Of a stretch of 64,000 bases of DNA, positions 62,764-64,000 are shown in pieces (positions within the stretch are counted from its first letter, which is position 1; every line of letters begins with the position of its first letter). The notes under the pieces were generated by a model that saw only the letters and a program-made list of their open reading frames with translations, had not been told where the DNA came from and searched no databases. Position numbers and translations under genes: made by a program. Source of the DNA: Candidatus Saccharibacteria bacterium UBA5148 (GTDB taxonomy: Bacteria; Patescibacteriota; Saccharimonadia; Saccharimonadales; UBA4665); assembly GCA_002413835.1 (NCBI GenBank), contig DHXU01000009.1, positions 14,626 through 78,625 on the forward strand, written 5' to 3'.

Positions 62764-64000
62764 ATGCATATTTTCTTCTCCGGCATCGGCGGAACAGGCC
62801 TCGGACCGCTAGCACTCATAGCACACCAGGCTGGCTACACGGTTTCCGGGTCAGACAAGCAGGATTCGCAGTACATCCAGTATCTCCGTGAATATGGCAT
62901 CAGTGATATTGAGATCGGCCAGACTGCCGAACAGATCGGGGCAGTTCACGCCGGCAATCCTATTGATTGGTACGTGTATTCATCGGCCGTTGCTATCGAG
63001 AACCCCAGCGCGCCGGAACTACACTTCTGCCAGACTGAACATATCAAACACACCAAACGCGACGAGCTGCTCAATGCTATCCTGGACGAAAAGAACCTGA
63101 AACTTATCGCTATTGCCGGCACGCACGGCAAAACTACCACCACGGCCATGGCCATCTGGCTTTTCAAGAGCTTCGACATACCGGTCAGCTACTCGGTCGG
63201 AGCCAAGATGCCATTTGGCGAAATGGGACACTATGACCCGGCCAGCCAGTACTTCGTCTACGAAGCTGATGAGTTCGACCGCAACTTTTTAGCCTTTCAT
63301 CCGTTCGTTTCGATCATTACCGGTATCGATTGGGACCACCATGACATCTACCCGACCCGCGGGTCATACGAGCAGGCCTTTGATCAGTTCATCGGCCAAA
63401 GCAGCCGAACACTGCTCTGGACCGATGATATATTCAAGATTTCCAGTACTGCGGGCAGCGTACCCGAGGCTGCCAATAAGGCAAATCCGGACATCAACAC
63501 TATGCTGCATCTCCCCGGCATGGTGAACCGCGAAGATGCCTGGCAAGTCGCTATGGCACTCCAGCCTATTATCAACCGGCCACTCATGCAGCTGGTGCAG
63601 GCGCTTGACGCATTTCCAGGCGTCTCACGCCGGTTTGAACAAGTTATACCTAACCTGTATAGCGATTACGCTCATACCCCGCCCAAAATCCGCGGTACGC
63701 TCGAGACAGCCCAGGAAGTTGCCAAGGGTCGCAAAGTTATTGTGGTCTACGAGGGGCTGCACAATACCCGGCAGCATTTCATCAAAGACGAGCTCAAGAC
63801 GTTATTTGATACTGTCGACCATCTGTACATCGTACCGAGTTATCTGGCCCGCGAAGATCAGACACTTCCCCTGCTCTCCCCTACTGACCTCAAGAACTTC
63901 CTGAGCGATACTGCCCGAGCCAAAACGGACGCCGCCGCCCTGGACGGTGAGCTGGAAAAGATTATCAAAGACCACCTCGCCGCCGGAGACGTCGTAGTCT
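62764..64000 (+). CDS. murC: UDP-N-acetylmuramate--L-alanine ligase (MurC/Mpl family), 3' end outside the window
   Basis: Absent from the track because it is open to the window end. Manual translation gives MHIFFSGIGGTGLGPLALIA..., IAIAGTHGKTTTTAM, YEADEFDRNF, ITGIDWDHHDIY and DYAHTPPKI, which are Mur ligase motifs. Confidence 0.8.
   Translation, partial: MHIFFSGIGGTGLGPLALIAHQAGYTVSGSDKQDSQYIQYLREYGISDIEIGQTAEQIGAVHAGNPIDWYVYSSAVAIENPSAPELHFCQTEHIKHTKRDELLNAILDEKNLKLIAIAGTHGKTTTTAMAIWLFKSFDIPVSYSVGAKMPFGEMGHYDPASQYFVYEADEFDRNFLAFHPFVSIITGIDWDHHDIYPTRGSYEQAFDQFIGQSSRTLLWTDDIFKISSTAGSVPEAANKANPDINTMLHLPGMVNREDAWQVAMALQPIINRPLMQLVQALDAFPGVSRRFEQVIPNLYSDYAHTPPKIRGTLETAQEVAKGRKVIVVYEGLHNTRQHFIKDELKTLFDTVDHLYIVPSYLAREDQTLPLLSPTDLKNFLSDTARAKTDAAALDGELEKIIKDHLAAGDVVV

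Noticed and set aside
1-64000. Search for CRISPR arrays, rRNA genes, integrases, transposases and IS inverted repeats
   Set aside because: I recognised no regularly spaced direct repeats, rRNA-like sequence, or recombinase or transposase motifs in any listed ORF. The only tandem or dispersed repeats found are those reported above.

Overview
This is a 64 kb segment of a compact bacterial chromosome, coded mostly on the minus strand. Hand counts of single 60-nt lines give about 50-58% GC outside one island. Gene content fits a reduced-genome Gram-positive-like lineage such as Patescibacteria/Saccharibacteria, but I could not verify this.

Core genes recognised:
- Heat shock: hrcA, grpE and dnaK, with two CIRCE operators.
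- Translation and envelope: lepA, murJ, ftsH, tilS, a tRNA-dihydrouridine synthase, a FtsB/DivIC-like protein and murC (partial at the window end).
- Transport and regulation: corA, MarR and PadR regulators, PspC, VIT1, TauE and two ABC-2 exporters.
- RNA genes: three tRNAs, all with a CAT anticodon, one of them initiator-like.

Accessory content:
- Several secreted proteins: a beta-helix protein, an Ig-repeat/dockerin protein, an M23 peptidase, a metzincin-like protease and two tandem beta-propeller paralogs.
- A RelE/RelB toxin-antitoxin pair beside a duplicated tRNA-fMet 3' end.
- An AAA+/TPR gene pair and a solitary VirD4/TraD-like ATPase.
- A lower-GC island of about 7.7 kb immediately 3' of a tRNA-Met, packed with nucleotide and amino-sugar enzymes.

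The most interesting candidate system is the operon at 46064-50394. It combines a cellulose-synthase-like GT2, a HlyD-like protein and a GH81 endo-beta-1,3-glucanase, and is followed by the duplicated propeller genes and a folP relic.

Other observations include a short N-terminal module shared by four secreted proteins, and six genes whose promoter geometry suggests leaderless transcripts. I recognised no rRNA, CRISPR array, integrase or transposase. All domain calls come from motif recognition by eye and need HMM or structure confirmation.
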